The position numbers were made by a program, and so were the translations under genes. A stretch of 64,000 nucleotides of DNA from Arcobacteraceae bacterium (GTDB lineage Bacteria; Campylobacterota; Campylobacteria; Campylobacterales; Arcobacteraceae), in NCBI GenBank assembly GCA_963662945.1, contig OY759974.1, positions 1 to 64,000 of the forward strand. Direction: 5' to 3'. Positions 31,330-42,920 of the stretch are shown here, piece by piece. Every line of letters starts with the position of its first letter. Position 1 is the first letter of the stretch. The notes under the pieces were generated by a model. It did not search any database. It had not been told where the DNA came from and saw only the letters and a list, made by a program, of their open reading frames with translations.

Positions 31330-31990
31330 TTTCGAATTAGCCGATGTTTTAACACAATATTTAAAGAAATTTAATATTGAAGTTGATAATTTTGAAGATC
31401 CATTTTTAGCATTAAGTACCTTAGCAATAAATCACAAAGAGTACGATCTAGTTATTTTAGATCTTACTCTTCCTGGTCTTGATGGATTAGAAGTATGTAA
31501 AGAGTTAGTAGCAAAATACAATATGCCAATTATTATTTCCAGTGCTAGAAGTGATATAACAGATAAAGTAACAGCTTTAGAACTCGGTGCAGATGATTAC
31601 TTGCCAAAACCTTATGATCCAAGAGAATTAGAGGTACGTATTAAAACAATTTTACGACGTCATAATAAAGAGATTCAAGTAACACCTTCAAACAACAAAA
31701 ATAAAGAGATTTTTCAACTTGATGAAGAGAAGCAAGAGATTACTAAAAATGGTGTTTATATTAAGTTTACACAAGCAGAATATCAGATTATGTCTTTGAT
31801 GTGTAAAAGAAAAGGTTTTATTATCTCAAGATATGATATATTGGAAAATAGTGAACTGTTTAATAGTGATGAGCACAGCGGTTCAATCGCTGTTATAATC
31901 AATAGAATTAGAAATAAAATAGAAGATGACCCAAAACATCCACAATATTTAACAACAATCAGAGGAATGGGATATAAATTAGTAGAATGA
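31301..31990 (+). CDS. OmpR-family response regulator
   Basis: VEDD, LDLTLPGLDG, GADDYLPKP, TIRGMGYK. Confidence 0.95.
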   Translation: MIKIAMVEDDFELADVLTQYLKKFNIEVDNFEDPFLALSTLAINHKEYDLVILDLTLPGLDGLEVCKELVAKYNMPIIISSARSDITDKVTALELGADDYLPKPYDPRELEVRIKTILRRHNKEIQVTPSNNKNKEIFQLDEEKQEITKNGVYIKFTQAEYQIMSLMCKRKGFIISRYDILENSELFNSDEHSGSIAVIINRIRNKIEDDPKHPQYLTTIRGMGYKLVE

Positions 31991-33240
31991 AAATCAATAA
32001 AAACTCAATACTTTTTACAATCACAATTACATTTGTAATATCAATATTTTTTATGTTGATAAGCTTTGTAATTCTCTATGAAAACTCACAAAAAAGCACA
32101 CAAGAATTTATGTTTAAAAGATCAATTGATGTATCAAAAACAATTTTACGGGAATGTAAAGGTGGCGTTGTTACAGAAGACTTAATCGTACATCTTAAAC
32201 GGATGGATTTCTCCATGTTTATTGATAAAAAGGAACAAGCTGAGATACTTAATAATCCACACATAGTTATATTGATGGAAAAACAAAAAAGATACTCTAT
32301 GATAGCATTATTAAAACTTGAAGGTAAATATTATGCTCATGTTCAAACACCTCATTTAGATGTTTTAGTCAAAGATAATATTGATATACCAGACAATAAA
32401 ACTACTCTTATTATAGTTGCTTTTTCTGTTGTATCATTATTTATACTTTTGTATCTTTTGACCTTAAAAAAGCTATTAAAAATCAATATTTTAAAAGACA
32501 AAGTAAAACACTTAGCAAATGAAAATTTTGATATAGATTGTGCTACAAATCATCAAGATGAAATATCTCAGCTTTCAAATGAGTTCCATAAAACAGCAAA
32601 AAAACTAAAACTTCTCAAAGAATCAAGGGATGTATTTATTCGAAATATTATGCATGAATTAAAAACACCTATTATTAAAGGGAAATTTCTTACACAACTA
32701 GAAGTTACAGAAGAAAACCAAAATAAAATGGAAAAAGTGTTTTATAGGCTGGAATCTTTGATAAATGAGTTTGCAACTATTGAAGAGCTTATTTCATCTC
32801 GTAAAAAAATAGAAAAAAAGTCTTACTTTTTAGAGGATTTAGTTGATGATGCTATAGATATTTTGATGTGTGAAGAAGATGAAGTTGAAAAACATATAGA
32901 AAACTTTAAGATAGAGGTTGATTTTAAATTATTTTGTATTGCTTTAAAAAACCTTATTGATAATGGTATAAAATACTCTAAAAATAAGAAAGTAATCATA
33001 AAAACAGATGAAGATAAGATTATCTTACAAAATAGTGGCGAAAAATTATTATATCCTCTTGAAAACTATTTTGAACCTTTTTTTAAAGGAGATAATATAA
33101 AATCAAATCAAAGTTTTGGTTTGGGACTTTATATTGTAAAAAATATATTAGATGCAAATGGTTTTACACTAGAATATGAATATAATGATGGATTTAATAA
33201 CTTTATTATTAAAAAAACATCAAATGATCTTTTATGCTAA
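31987..33240 (+). CDS. ArsS/RacS-like sensor histidine kinase
   Basis: HAMP DEISQL, IMHELKTP, NLIDNGIKY, FGLGLYIV. Confidence 0.93.
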   Translation: MKINKNSILFTITITFVISIFFMLISFVILYENSQKSTQEFMFKRSIDVSKTILRECKGGVVTEDLIVHLKRMDFSMFIDKKEQAEILNNPHIVILMEKQKRYSMIALLKLEGKYYAHVQTPHLDVLVKDNIDIPDNKTTLIIVAFSVVSLFILLYLLTLKKLLKINILKDKVKHLANENFDIDCATNHQDEISQLSNEFHKTAKKLKLLKESRDVFIRNIMHELKTPIIKGKFLTQLEVTEENQNKMEKVFYRLESLINEFATIEELISSRKKIEKKSYFLEDLVDDAIDILMCEEDEVEKHIENFKIEVDFKLFCIALKNLIDNGIKYSKNKKVIIKTDEDKIILQNSGEKLLYPLENYFEPFFKGDNIKSNQSFGLGLYIVKNILDANGFTLEYEYNDGFNNFIIKKTSNDLLC

Positions 33241-34106
33241 AAATTTCGTTTAAAAATATCATTCAATCTTATCAAGAACTTAAATCTTCTGTTAGTGCAT
33301 TAAAAGGTGGAGATATAATTGAAGTTGAAATTATAGACAAACAACTTGATTTTAAAGCATTAGTAGATTTAGCTCAAAGTTTATACTGTAAAGTTCTCTT
33401 TCCTAAAGTGTTACAAGAAGGTTTTATTATAGTCTTACAAAAACTTCATCTTGAAAACTCTTTTCATAAGGAGATAAATGACGTGGAAACAAAATATGGT
33501 GTAAACTCATCGTTTGCAACCATAGATAAAACTTCCCAACCTGCATTTATCCTTCACTATTTAAAAGCTTTAGAAAGTGTTCAATTAGAAAAAAGAAAAA
33601 GAGTTTTAAATCTTGGAGTAAATAGTGGAGAAGAGTTTGAAATTATCAAAGAGTATTCAAAAGATTTTGCAAACTTAGAGCTTGTAGGAGTTGATTATTG
33701 TTCAAGTGCCATACAAAAAGCACAAGAAAAATTTAAAGAGGATTCAAATACCTTATTTTTAGAAGGGGATATTAACAATCTTGAAGAGTTAAATCTTGGT
33801 AAATTTGATGTTATTATCACTATTGGGACTTTACAAAGTAGCAATATAGACTTCAATAAAACTTTTATGAATATAGTACAAAATTATCTTGAAAAAGATG
33901 GCGCTATGATTTTAGGATTTCCAAATTGTCGTTGGATCGATGGAGAGATGATATATGGAGCGATGGTAAAAAACTACAATTATTCAGAACTTTCAAATCT
34001 TTATAAAGATGTAAATTTTTGCAAAAAATATCTTCAACAAAAGAAGTTCAGAGTTACAATCACAGGGAAAGATTATATCTTTTTAACAGCTACTTCTATT
34101 AAGTAA
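33234..34106 (+). CDS. Class I SAM-dependent methyltransferase
   Basis: VLNLGVNSG, VGVDY, GDI, FDVII motifs. Confidence 0.8.
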   Translation: MLKISFKNIIQSYQELKSSVSALKGGDIIEVEIIDKQLDFKALVDLAQSLYCKVLFPKVLQEGFIIVLQKLHLENSFHKEINDVETKYGVNSSFATIDKTSQPAFILHYLKALESVQLEKRKRVLNLGVNSGEEFEIIKEYSKDFANLELVGVDYCSSAIQKAQEKFKEDSNTLFLEGDINNLEELNLGKFDVIITIGTLQSSNIDFNKTFMNIVQNYLEKDGAMILGFPNCRWIDGEMIYGAMVKNYNYSELSNLYKDVNFCKKYLQQKKFRVTITGKDYIFLTATSIK

Positions 34107-34137
34107 CAATTTATTTGATTGGGTATAGACTATTGTT

Positions 34138-35484
34138 ATGAATACTCAAAACACAAATATCAAGCCCCTTTGGGGAGAAGAAACGCAAAAAAGTCTCAAC
34201 AATTTTAACATAGGTATTGAAACTATGCCAGATGAGTTTATAAAAGCCTATGCTTATTTAAAAAAGTGTTGTGCTATTGTAAATAATAAGAGTAAAAAGC
34301 TAGAAAAACAAAAATCACAACTAATTGTACAAGTTTGCGATGAAATTATCCAAAACAAACATACAGAACAGTTTCCTCTACGTATCTGGCAAACAGGAAG
34401 CGGTACTCATACCAATATGAATCTCAATGAAGTGATAGCCAATAGAGCTTCACAACTCAATACAACTGTTGTATTACATCCAAATGATGATGTAAATATG
34501 TCACAAAGTAGCAATGATACTTTTCCAACAGCTATGAAGATAGCTACTACACTTCAAATCCCTAACCTTTTAGAAGCAATAGAGAGACTCAAACACAGTT
34601 TTCAAACAAAACAAAAAGAGTTTGAAGGGATTGTAAAAGTAGGGCGAACACATCTTCAAGATGCTGTCCCATTATTTTTAAGTGATGAGTTAAGTGGCTA
34701 TATCGCTATGCTAGAACACTCAAAATCACAAATCAAAGATACACTCAAATATATCAATGAACTTCCAATAGGAGCAACAGCCGTTGGAAATGGGATAAAT
34801 ACTCCACCAAATTTCTCACAACAAGTGTGTGATGAGCTTAATAACGTGCTTCAAACACAGTTTATCTCCCATCCAAATAAGTTTCAATCGTTAACTTCCC
34901 ACGATAGTGAAACTTTTTTAAGCGGTGCTTTAAATGCACTTGCTTCAAATATGATGAAAATAGCAAATGATATAAGATGGCTAAGTAGTGGTCCAAAATG
35001 TGGACTAGGGGAGTTAACTATTCCTGCAAATGAAAAAGGCAGCTCCATAATGCCAGGGAAAGTAAATCCAACACAAGCAGAAGCTATCACAATGATAGCT
35101 GTACAAGTGATGGGAAATCATACAACCATAAGTGTAGCTGCTAGTCAAGGGAATTTTGAGCTGAATGTTTTTAAACCTGTAATTATCTATAATCTTTTAC
35201 AATCAATAAGACTTTTAAGTGATGGGATAAACTCTTTTAGTAAGAATTGCATAGATGGTTTAGGTGCAAACAAAGCAAAGATAGAAGAAAATCTAAACAA
35301 TGCTTTCATGTGTGCAACAGCTTTAAATCCACATATAGGATATAAAAATTCAGAAAAAATAGTACAATTTGCCTATGAAAATAATCTTACACTAAAGCAG
35401 TCAGCTCTGCAATTAGCTCTTTTAAGTGAGGAGGAGTTTGATAAATATATGGTGGTTCAAAATATAGCTAAATGTAATATCTAG
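34138..35484 (+). CDS. fumC: Class II fumarate hydratase
   Basis: WQTGSGT, SQSSNDTFPTA, GRTHLQDA, GSSIMPGKVNP. Confidence 0.95.
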   Translation: MNTQNTNIKPLWGEETQKSLNNFNIGIETMPDEFIKAYAYLKKCCAIVNNKSKKLEKQKSQLIVQVCDEIIQNKHTEQFPLRIWQTGSGTHTNMNLNEVIANRASQLNTTVVLHPNDDVNMSQSSNDTFPTAMKIATTLQIPNLLEAIERLKHSFQTKQKEFEGIVKVGRTHLQDAVPLFLSDELSGYIAMLEHSKSQIKDTLKYINELPIGATAVGNGINTPPNFSQQVCDELNNVLQTQFISHPNKFQSLTSHDSETFLSGALNALASNMMKIANDIRWLSSGPKCGLGELTIPANEKGSSIMPGKVNPTQAEAITMIAVQVMGNHTTISVAASQGNFELNVFKPVIIYNLLQSIRLLSDGINSFSKNCIDGLGANKAKIEENLNNAFMCATALNPHIGYKNSEKIVQFAYENNLTLKQSALQLALLSEEEFDKYMVVQNIAKCNI

Positions 35485-35486
35485 GG

Positions 35487-35738
35487 CTATTCATCCCCAT
35501 TCTTATAAAAATTCTCTAAAATCAAACTATCAGTAATCTGGTTTTTAAACAACGCATCTTCATGTTGTTGTTTTAAAAACTTATTTTCCTCTTTAAGTGA
35601 GATAAATTGCGTATTGAGTTTGTTTATATCTTTACTTACATAATAGATGTTATTTTGTAAATATATCTTTGGCATAAAAAATACTAAAGTGATAAAAAGT
35701 GCAGAAAAAACTATTAAAAGTGCTTTTTTAGGAGTCAA
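35487..35738 (-). CDS. FtsL-like cell division protein
   Basis: Single TM plus coiled coil (PKIYLQNNIYY..LKEEN), directly after rsmH. Confidence 0.65.
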   Translation of the reverse strand: MTPKKALLIVFSALFITLVFFMPKIYLQNNIYYVSKDINKLNTQFISLKEENKFLKQQHEDALFKNQITDSLILENFYKNGDE

Positions 35739-36642
35739 ATTTAAATATCCTCATTTTAGAGCTTCTACTTCTTGGATTTTGTTTTATCTCAAGTGCTGTT
35801 GGTATGATAGGTTTCTTTGTGATAACTTTCCCTTTTTGATGGTTGTTTCCACAAGTACATCGCATCACTTGAGGGGGACAAATACATTTTTGAGTCCATT
35901 TTTTAAAATAGTTTTTTACTATTCTGTCCTCTAAAGAGTGAAAAGAGATGATAGCTACTAAAGTATCTTTGAAGTTTGCAGATTCTATTTTATCAAATAA
36001 CTCTTCTAAAACACCAAGTTCATTGTTCACTTCTATTCTTATACCTTGAAATGGAAGTGTTGCTGGATGAAGCTTCCCTTTGTACATATGTTTACTTAAA
36101 AATTGTGCTAACTCTTTACTACTGTTAAAGGGTCTATTTTGTACTATAAGAGAGGCTACTTTTTTATACTCTTTTACCTCTCCATAGTTTTTAAAGATAT
36201 CTTCTAATTGATTTTGTGAGTAGTGATTGACCACTTCGTTAGCACTTAGGTGTTGATTTTGATCCATTCTCATATCAAGAGTATCACCTTCAAATCCAAA
36301 GCCTCTATCATTTTTATCAAGTTGCAAAGAAGAAACACCAATATCTGCTAAAATCCCAACGATTTTTTTATCTTTAAAAGTATCAATCACATTTTTGAAA
36401 TTGCCTTTATTGAAAATAATTCTATTCTCAAATTTTTCTAATCTTTTTTTAGAAAAAGCCAAAGCTTCATCATCTTGATCATTACAAATAAGTTTGATAT
36501 TTGGATTGGATTCTAAAATCCCTTCTGAGTGTCCACCATAACCTAAAGTACAGTCAATAATATAACCATCTTTTAAATCTTTAAAAGTTTCGATAACTTC
36601 ATTGAAAAGTACAGGTATATGTGGTATTTGATTGTCATCCAA
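35728..36642 (-). CDS. rsmH: 16S rRNA m4C1402 methyltransferase
   Basis: HIPVL, DCTLGYGGHS, DIGVSSLQLD, ISFHSLEDR, NPRSRS. Confidence 0.97.
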   Translation of the reverse strand: MDDNQIPHIPVLFNEVIETFKDLKDGYIIDCTLGYGGHSEGILESNPNIKLICNDQDDEALAFSKKRLEKFENRIIFNKGNFKNVIDTFKDKKIVGILADIGVSSLQLDKNDRGFGFEGDTLDMRMDQNQHLSANEVVNHYSQNQLEDIFKNYGEVKEYKKVASLIVQNRPFNSSKELAQFLSKHMYKGKLHPATLPFQGIRIEVNNELGVLEELFDKIESANFKDTLVAIISFHSLEDRIVKNYFKKWTQKCICPPQVMRCTCGNNHQKGKVITKKPIIPTALEIKQNPRSRSSKMRIFKFDS

Positions 36643-36718
36643 GGGTTAATCCTATTTAATGTTTTGATTTGGTATCATATCAAAATATTAATTAAAGGGC
36701 AATCCTTAAAGGTAAAGT

Positions 36719-37321
36719 ATGATTGATAAAAAAATAGTTAACCATTTGGCCAAGATTTCACTTGCATTATTTAGAAAAAACTTTTTCGGTATTTATCATG
36801 GTTCTATATCAAAAAAAATAGACCATAATAGGTTTATTATCAATAAAAAAGATGCAATATTTGATGAGATAGAAGAATCTACACTTTGTCAGCTCTCTAT
36901 GAATATTCATGATTATAGTTGGGATTTAGCAAGTGTTGATGCTGTTATTCATAGTGCCATTTATACACAAATTCATGAGGCTAAATATATCTCTTGTGGT
37001 ATGCCACCTTATACTACAGCATACGCTTTAGAACATGATACTATAGAGTGTGAAGATTATTTTGGGAAAATGACTTTTGGGACATTAACAGTATATGACC
37101 CTGGTGATTTTGAAACTTGGTATGATAGAAACTTTGTCGAAGTTCCAAAATTACTCAAAGCATCACCAAACAATCTTATAGTTATAAAAGGTGTTGGTGT
37201 ATATGTTTATGATAGAGATATGAATAACCTTGTAAAAAAAGTGGCAATTCTTGAAAGTAGTTGTAGAATTTTAGCTCTCAAATCACTTTGTAAAGATAGT
37301 TCAATAGAAGCTTTGGCATAA
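36719..37321 (+). CDS. Class II aldolase/adducin-fold protein
   Basis: GSIS, AS.D..IHSAIY, IKGVGVY, LESSC pattern. Confidence 0.75.
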   Translation: MIDKKIVNHLAKISLALFRKNFFGIYHGSISKKIDHNRFIINKKDAIFDEIEESTLCQLSMNIHDYSWDLASVDAVIHSAIYTQIHEAKYISCGMPPYTTAYALEHDTIECEDYFGKMTFGTLTVYDPGDFETWYDRNFVEVPKLLKASPNNLIVIKGVGVYVYDRDMNNLVKKVAILESSCRILALKSLCKDSSIEALA

Positions 37322-37486
37322 AATGTGTTACTTTTTTACATATATTAGTTTTGTGTAACTAATAATATGTAACAAAAATACACACGATCTACTATCTAAA
37401 GTAAAAAAATATTTAATAAAAATATAAAATAAGTGTTTTTAGCTAGAATTGTAATTGAAATAAAATTTACCAAAAGGACTTAATTT

Positions 37487-40051
37487 ATGAGTTTAGTTGC
37501 AAATTATAAAGCACATACAGAAGAAAGAGCAAAGCTAGGTGTTCCACCATTAGCTTTAACAGCAGAACAAGTTGCACAACTTGTTGAATTATTAAAAGCA
37601 TCTCCAATAGTTGATGAAGATTATTGCTTAGATATGTTTGAAAATAAAATTCCTGCAGGTGTTGATGATGCAGCATATGTAAAAGCGGCATTTTTAAATG
37701 ATATTGTTCAAGGAAATGTTTCTTGTGATGCTATCACACCAGTAAAAGCTTGTGAAATTTTAGGAAAAATGCTAGGTGGTTTTAATGTAACACCACTTGT
37801 TGAAGCACTTAAAATTGATTCTGTAGCAGAAGTTGCAGCAGAACAATTAAAAAATACACTTTTAGTATATGATGCATTTAATGATGTAAAAGCATTAATG
37901 GATCAAGGAAATGCAAAAGCAAAAGAGGTTGTTGAATCTTGGGCAAATGCAGAATGGTTTACAAATAGCCCAGCATTAGCAGAAGAGATGACACTTACAG
38001 TATATAAAATTCCTGGTGAAACAAATACAGATGATTTATCACCTGCAAGTGAAGCATTTACAAGAGCAGATATTCCATTACATGCAAACTCTATGTTAGT
38101 ATCAAGAATGGAAAATCCACTTGAAACTATGGCAGAACTTAAAACAAAAGGACATCCATTAGCTTACGTTGGAGATGTTGTAGGAACAGGAAGTTCTAGA
38201 AAATCAGGTATCAACTCTGTTCAATGGCATATGGGAGAAGATATTCCAGGTATTCCAAATAAAAGAACAGGTGGTGTTGTTATTGGTTCTATTATTGCTC
38301 CAATTTTCTTCAACACTGCAGAAGATTCAGGTTGTTTACCATTAGAAGCAAATGTTGATAACTTAGAAACTGGTGATGTAATTACTGTAAAACCTTATGA
38401 AGGTGTTATAGAAAAAGAGGGTGTTGTTGTATCTACATTTAAATTAAACCCAAATACAATCACAGATGAGATGAGAGCAGGGGGAAGAATTCCTCTTATT
38501 ATTGGAAAAGGATTAACAGCAAAAGCTAGAGAAGCTTTAGGTATGAGTCCATCTGATATGTTCTTAACTCCAGATCAACCAGAAGATGATGGAAAAGGAT
38601 TTACATTAGCTCAAAAAATGGTTGGAAAAGCTTGCGGTATGACTGGTGTTAAACCAGGTGTTTACTGTGAGCCAATAGCTACAACTGTAGGAAGTCAAGA
38701 TACAACTGGACCTATGACAAGAGATGAGATTAAAGAGCTTGCTGCACTTTCTTTTGGTGCTGATTTTGTTCTTCAATCATTTTGTCATACAGCTGCTTAC
38801 CCAAAACCAGCAGATATTGAGTTACAACACACATTACCAGATTTTTGGACAAGTAGAAAAGGGTTTATTTTAAGACCAGGTGATGGTGTTATCCACTCTT
38901 GGTTAAATAGAATGTGTTTACCAGATACAGTTGGTACTGGTGGAGATTCACATACAAGATTCCCTATTGGTATCTCATTCCCAGCTGGTTCTGGACTTGT
39001 TGCATTCGCAGGTGTTACAGGTATGATGCCTTTAACTATGCCAGAATCTGTTCTTGTAAGATTTAAAGGTGAAATGCAACCAGGTATTACTTTAAGAGAC
39101 CTTGTAAATGCAATCCCTTACCAAGCTATTAAAGATGGTTTACTTACTGTTGAGAAAAAAGGTAAGAAAAATATCTTCGCTGGACGTGTATTAGAGATTG
39201 AAGGTTTAGAAGATTTAAAATGTGAACAAGCGTTTGAGTTATCTGATGCGTCAGCTGAGAGAAGTGCTGCTGCTTGTACAGTTAAATTAAACAAAGAACC
39301 AATTATTGAATATTTAGAATCTAATATTGTTTTAATTGATGAGTTAATTGCACAAGGTTATGAAGATAAAGCAACACTGATGAGAAGAAGAGACAAGATG
39401 AAAGCTTGGCTTGCTAATCCAGAATTATTAGAAGCTGATGCTGATGCACAATATGCTGCAATTATTGAGATTGATTTAAATGAGATTAAAGAGCCAATTT
39501 TAGCATGTCCAAATGATCCAGATGATGTAAAAACACTTACAGAGATTCATGCAAGTGGATTACAAACAAAAATTGATGAAGTTTTTGTTGGTTCATGTAT
39601 GACAAATATTGGATTATTTAGAGCATTAGGTGAAGTTTTAAGGGGTGAGGGTGCTGTTCCTACAAAACTATGGGTTTGTCCTCCAACAAAAATGGATGAG
39701 AAACAATTAACAGAAGAGGGATACTATTCAGTATTTGGTATGGCAGGTGCAAGAACAGAGATTCCAGGATGTTCTTTATGTATGGGTAACCAAGCATCAG
39801 TTGCACAAAATGCTTATGTATTTAGTACATCTACAAGAAACTTTGACAATAGACTAGGACGTGGTTCGCAAGTATACTTAGGAAGTGCAGAGTTAGCTGC
39901 TGTTACAGCACTTAAAGGAAAATTACCAACTGCTGCTGAGTATATGGAGATAGTACCAAATAAAATTAAGCCAGAGATGACTGATAATGTTTATAAATAC
40001 CTAAACTTTAATAAAGTTAGTCAAAATGAACTAACAGCTATGGTTCAATAA
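37487..40051 (+). CDS. acnB: Aconitate hydratase B
   Basis: [41 protein letters not shown]. Confidence 0.98.
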   Translation: MSLVANYKAHTEERAKLGVPPLALTAEQVAQLVELLKASPIVDEDYCLDMFENKIPAGVDDAAYVKAAFLNDIVQGNVSCDAITPVKACEILGKMLGGFNVTPLVEALKIDSVAEVAAEQLKNTLLVYDAFNDVKALMDQGNAKAKEVVESWANAEWFTNSPALAEEMTLTVYKIPGETNTDDLSPASEAFTRADIPLHANSMLVSRMENPLETMAELKTKGHPLAYVGDVVGTGSSRKSGINSVQWHMGEDIPGIPNKRTGGVVIGSIIAPIFFNTAEDSGCLPLEANVDNLETGDVITVKPYEGVIEKEGVVVSTFKLNPNTITDEMRAGGRIPLIIGKGLTAKAREALGMSPSDMFLTPDQPEDDGKGFTLAQKMVGKACGMTGVKPGVYCEPIATTVGSQDTTGPMTRDEIKELAALSFGADFVLQSFCHTAAYPKPADIELQHTLPDFWTSRKGFILRPGDGVIHSWLNRMCLPDTVGTGGDSHTRFPIGISFPAGSGLVAFAGVTGMMPLTMPESVLVRFKGEMQPGITLRDLVNAIPYQAIKDGLLTVEKKGKKNIFAGRVLEIEGLEDLKCEQAFELSDASAERSAAACTVKLNKEPIIEYLESNIVLIDELIAQGYEDKATLMRRRDKMKAWLANPELLEADADAQYAAIIEIDLNEIKEPILACPNDPDDVKTLTEIHASGLQTKIDEVFVGSCMTNIGLFRALGEVLRGEGAVPTKLWVCPPTKMDEKQLTEEGYYSVFGMAGARTEIPGCSLCMGNQASVAQNAYVFSTSTRNFDNRLGRGSQVYLGSAELAAVTALKGKLPTAAEYMEIVPNKIKPEMTDNVYKYLNFNKVSQNELTAMVQ

Positions 40052-40077
40052 TAAAATTAAAATTAGTTATAAAAATT

Positions 40078-40110
40078 AAAAGCCCTACTATTACTAGTGG
40101 GGCTTTTTTT
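40078..40110 (+). terminator. Intrinsic terminator after acnB
   Basis: AAAAGCCCTACTA-ttac-TAGTGGGGCTTTTTTT. Confidence 0.9.
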
Positions 40111-40174
40111 ATTAATATAAATTTGTTACAATGATGAGAAATATTAAATAATCCTCATAAAAAAGGTATCTTAT

Positions 40175-42874
40175 ATGCAACATCTTGTAGAGCAAAACTG
40201 GCATAGTATTCCCTCTAATGAAATTGTAGAGATATTACAAAGTGATATTCATGATGGACTAGGGCCTTTAAGTATAAAACACAAAACAGAGTTATTTGGT
40301 AAAAATATTCTTGAAAATAAAAAAGGTTCTTCTCTTTTAGAAAAGTTTTTTATACAATTTCACAATGCACTCATATATATTTTACTTGCAGCTTCACTTG
40401 TCACAGCTTATCTTGGAGAATGGATAGATAGTATTGTTATTTTTAGTGTTGTCATTATCAATGTTATTATTGGTTTTGTTCAAGAAGTAAAAGCACAAGA
40501 AGCTATCGATTCTTTAAAAAATATGATGACTACGGAAGCTGTTGTTATACGAGATGGTAAAAAAATATCTATTTCCTCTGTTGATTTAGTGCCAGGAGAT
40601 ATAGTTCTTCTTGAATCAGGTTCAAAAATACCTGCAGATATAAGAATTTTAACTCAAAAAGATATTAAAGTTGATGAATCAATGCTTACAGGAGAATCTG
40701 TAAGTGTTTCTAAAAACACAGAACTTTGTAGCCAAGATGTTACTCTTAATGATAGAAAAAATATGCTGTATTCTGGCACTTTTGTGACCTATGGAAGAGC
40801 AAAGGGAATCGTTGTAGCTATCTCTAAATATACACAAATAGGAAAGATTGCTGATCTTATTGATAATACAGTCTCTTTAGAAACTCCTCTTACAAAAAAA
40901 ATATCTTATTTTTCAAAAGTATTGTTAATACTTATACTTATTTTGGCTGGTTTAACATTTTTAGTCGGTATTGTAAGAGAAAACAGTATTATAGACACTT
41001 TTATGGCTTCTGTTGCTTTGGCTGTTGGTGCTATTCCAGAAGGATTACCTGCTGCTGTTACTATTACTCTTGCTATTGGTGTAAGTCGAATGGCAAAGAA
41101 AAATTCTATTATAAGAAAACTTCCAGCGGTAGAGACATTGGGAAGTGTAACAACAATATGTTCTGATAAAACCGGAACATTAACACAAAATAAAATGACA
41201 GTTATAAATATTTTTTGTGGAAAAAAATCTTATGAAATTACTGGAAATGGCTATGAACCAAAAGGAAATTTTCTTCTGGATGGAGAAATTATTACAGATT
41301 ATCCACTTAATATAAAAGAAGTATTACAAGCTGGTTATTTATGTAATGAGTCTTATTTAGTTTTAAAAGATGAAATATACAGTATTAAAGGTGATCCTAC
41401 AGAAGGTGCTTTAATTGTAAGTTGTCTTAAAGCTGGATATGATGAACATAGTTTAGAAAATACTTTTCCAAGAATTGATATTTTACCTTTTGAATCTGAT
41501 AAACAATATATGGCTACTTTGCATCAAGATCAACAAACAAATCAAAATACCGTATTTATAAAAGGTTCAGTAGAAAAAATTTTGGAAATTTGTGACTTTG
41601 AAATGCTTGATAGTAGTAATATTCCTATCAATATTGATTCTATATATGAACAAGTCAATCAATATGCAACAGAAGGATTAAGAGTTTTAGCCCTTGCAAA
41701 AAAAACTACACGACTAGATACTATAGATACAGAAGAACTTATGAATGGTTTTACATTTTTAGGACTTCAAGCGATGATGGATCCTCCTAGAGATGAAGCT
41801 ATTGATGCTGTAAAAAAATGTCATAATGCAGGTATAAATATTATTATGATTACAGGAGATCACGCCTTAACAGCTTTTTCTATAGCAAAAATGATAACAA
41901 TTGTTCCCCAAAATGATAGCTTTGAAAAAAGTGTTTTAACTGGAAAAGAACTTTTTACTCTTAACGATGAAGAACTTATAGAAAAAGTAGCAAAAGTCAA
42001 AGTATTTGCAAGGGTAGAACCTGAACAAAAATTGCGAATAGTAGATGCATTACAAGCTCGTGGAGAAATAGTTGCCATGACAGGCGATGGGGTAAATGAT
42101 GCTCCAGCACTGAAACAGGCAAATATCGGTATAGCAATGGGTCAAGGGGGAACTGAAGTAGCAAAAGAAGCAGCTGATATGATATTAAGTGATGACAATT
42201 TTAGTTCAATTGAAAGAGCTGTAAAAGAGGGGAGAAATGTTTTTGATAATCTTGTTAAATTTATTACTTGGACATTACCTACAAATCTAGGAGAAGGTTT
42301 AGTAATATTATTTTCAATTATGTTAGGTGTGACTTTACCTATTTTACCTTTACAAATACTATGGATTAATATGTCTACAGCCATCTTCCTAGGACTTATG
42401 CTTGTTTTTGAACCAAGTGAAAAAAATATTATGAATAGAGCTCCAAGAGACCCAAAAGAACCCCTTATGACAAAAGTAATGGTTACACAAATGTTAGTAG
42501 TTGGATTGTATATGTTAGTAGCCTCATATACAATGTTTAATTATATGATAACACTTGGTTATACGGTAGAATATGCACGAACTGTTGCTGTTAATATCTT
42601 TGTATTTATTGAACTCTTTTATCTTTTTAGTTGTAAACAATTAGAACTCTCAATTTTTAAAACAAATATATTGGATAATAAACTTTTATTAGTTGGTGTT
42701 AGTTTTATGGTATTTTTACAGTTAGTATTTACACATACTTCATTTATGAATAATATCTTCAAAAGTGAACCTCTAAACTTAGAAACATGGGTAGCTATCA
42801 TAGTGATATCTTTTTGTGTTGTTTTTGTTGTAGAAATAAAAAAAATAATCGAACTAAAAATAAATCGATTTTAA
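40175..42874 (+). CDS. P-type cation-transporting ATPase (P2A/Ca2+-like)
   Basis: TGES, IPEGLP, DKTGTLT, MITGD, TGDGVNDAPAL. Confidence 0.95.
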   Translation: MQHLVEQNWHSIPSNEIVEILQSDIHDGLGPLSIKHKTELFGKNILENKKGSSLLEKFFIQFHNALIYILLAASLVTAYLGEWIDSIVIFSVVIINVIIGFVQEVKAQEAIDSLKNMMTTEAVVIRDGKKISISSVDLVPGDIVLLESGSKIPADIRILTQKDIKVDESMLTGESVSVSKNTELCSQDVTLNDRKNMLYSGTFVTYGRAKGIVVAISKYTQIGKIADLIDNTVSLETPLTKKISYFSKVLLILILILAGLTFLVGIVRENSIIDTFMASVALAVGAIPEGLPAAVTITLAIGVSRMAKKNSIIRKLPAVETLGSVTTICSDKTGTLTQNKMTVINIFCGKKSYEITGNGYEPKGNFLLDGEIITDYPLNIKEVLQAGYLCNESYLVLKDEIYSIKGDPTEGALIVSCLKAGYDEHSLENTFPRIDILPFESDKQYMATLHQDQQTNQNTVFIKGSVEKILEICDFEMLDSSNIPINIDSIYEQVNQYATEGLRVLALAKKTTRLDTIDTEELMNGFTFLGLQAMMDPPRDEAIDAVKKCHNAGINIIMITGDHALTAFSIAKMITIVPQNDSFEKSVLTGKELFTLNDEELIEKVAKVKVFARVEPEQKLRIVDALQARGEIVAMTGDGVNDAPALKQANIGIAMGQGGTEVAKEAADMILSDDNFSSIERAVKEGRNVFDNLVKFITWTLPTNLGEGLVILFSIMLGVTLPILPLQILWINMSTAIFLGLMLVFEPSEKNIMNRAPRDPKEPLMTKVMVTQMLVVGLYMLVASYTMFNYMITLGYTVEYARTVAVNIFVFIELFYLFSCKQLELSIFKTNILDNKLLLVGVSFMVFLQLVFTHTSFMNNIFKSEPLNLETWVAIIVISFCVVFVVEIKKIIELKINRF

Positions 42875-42920
42875 ATCCATATTAGATATAATACATTTTT
42901 TAATATATGAGGATGAAATA

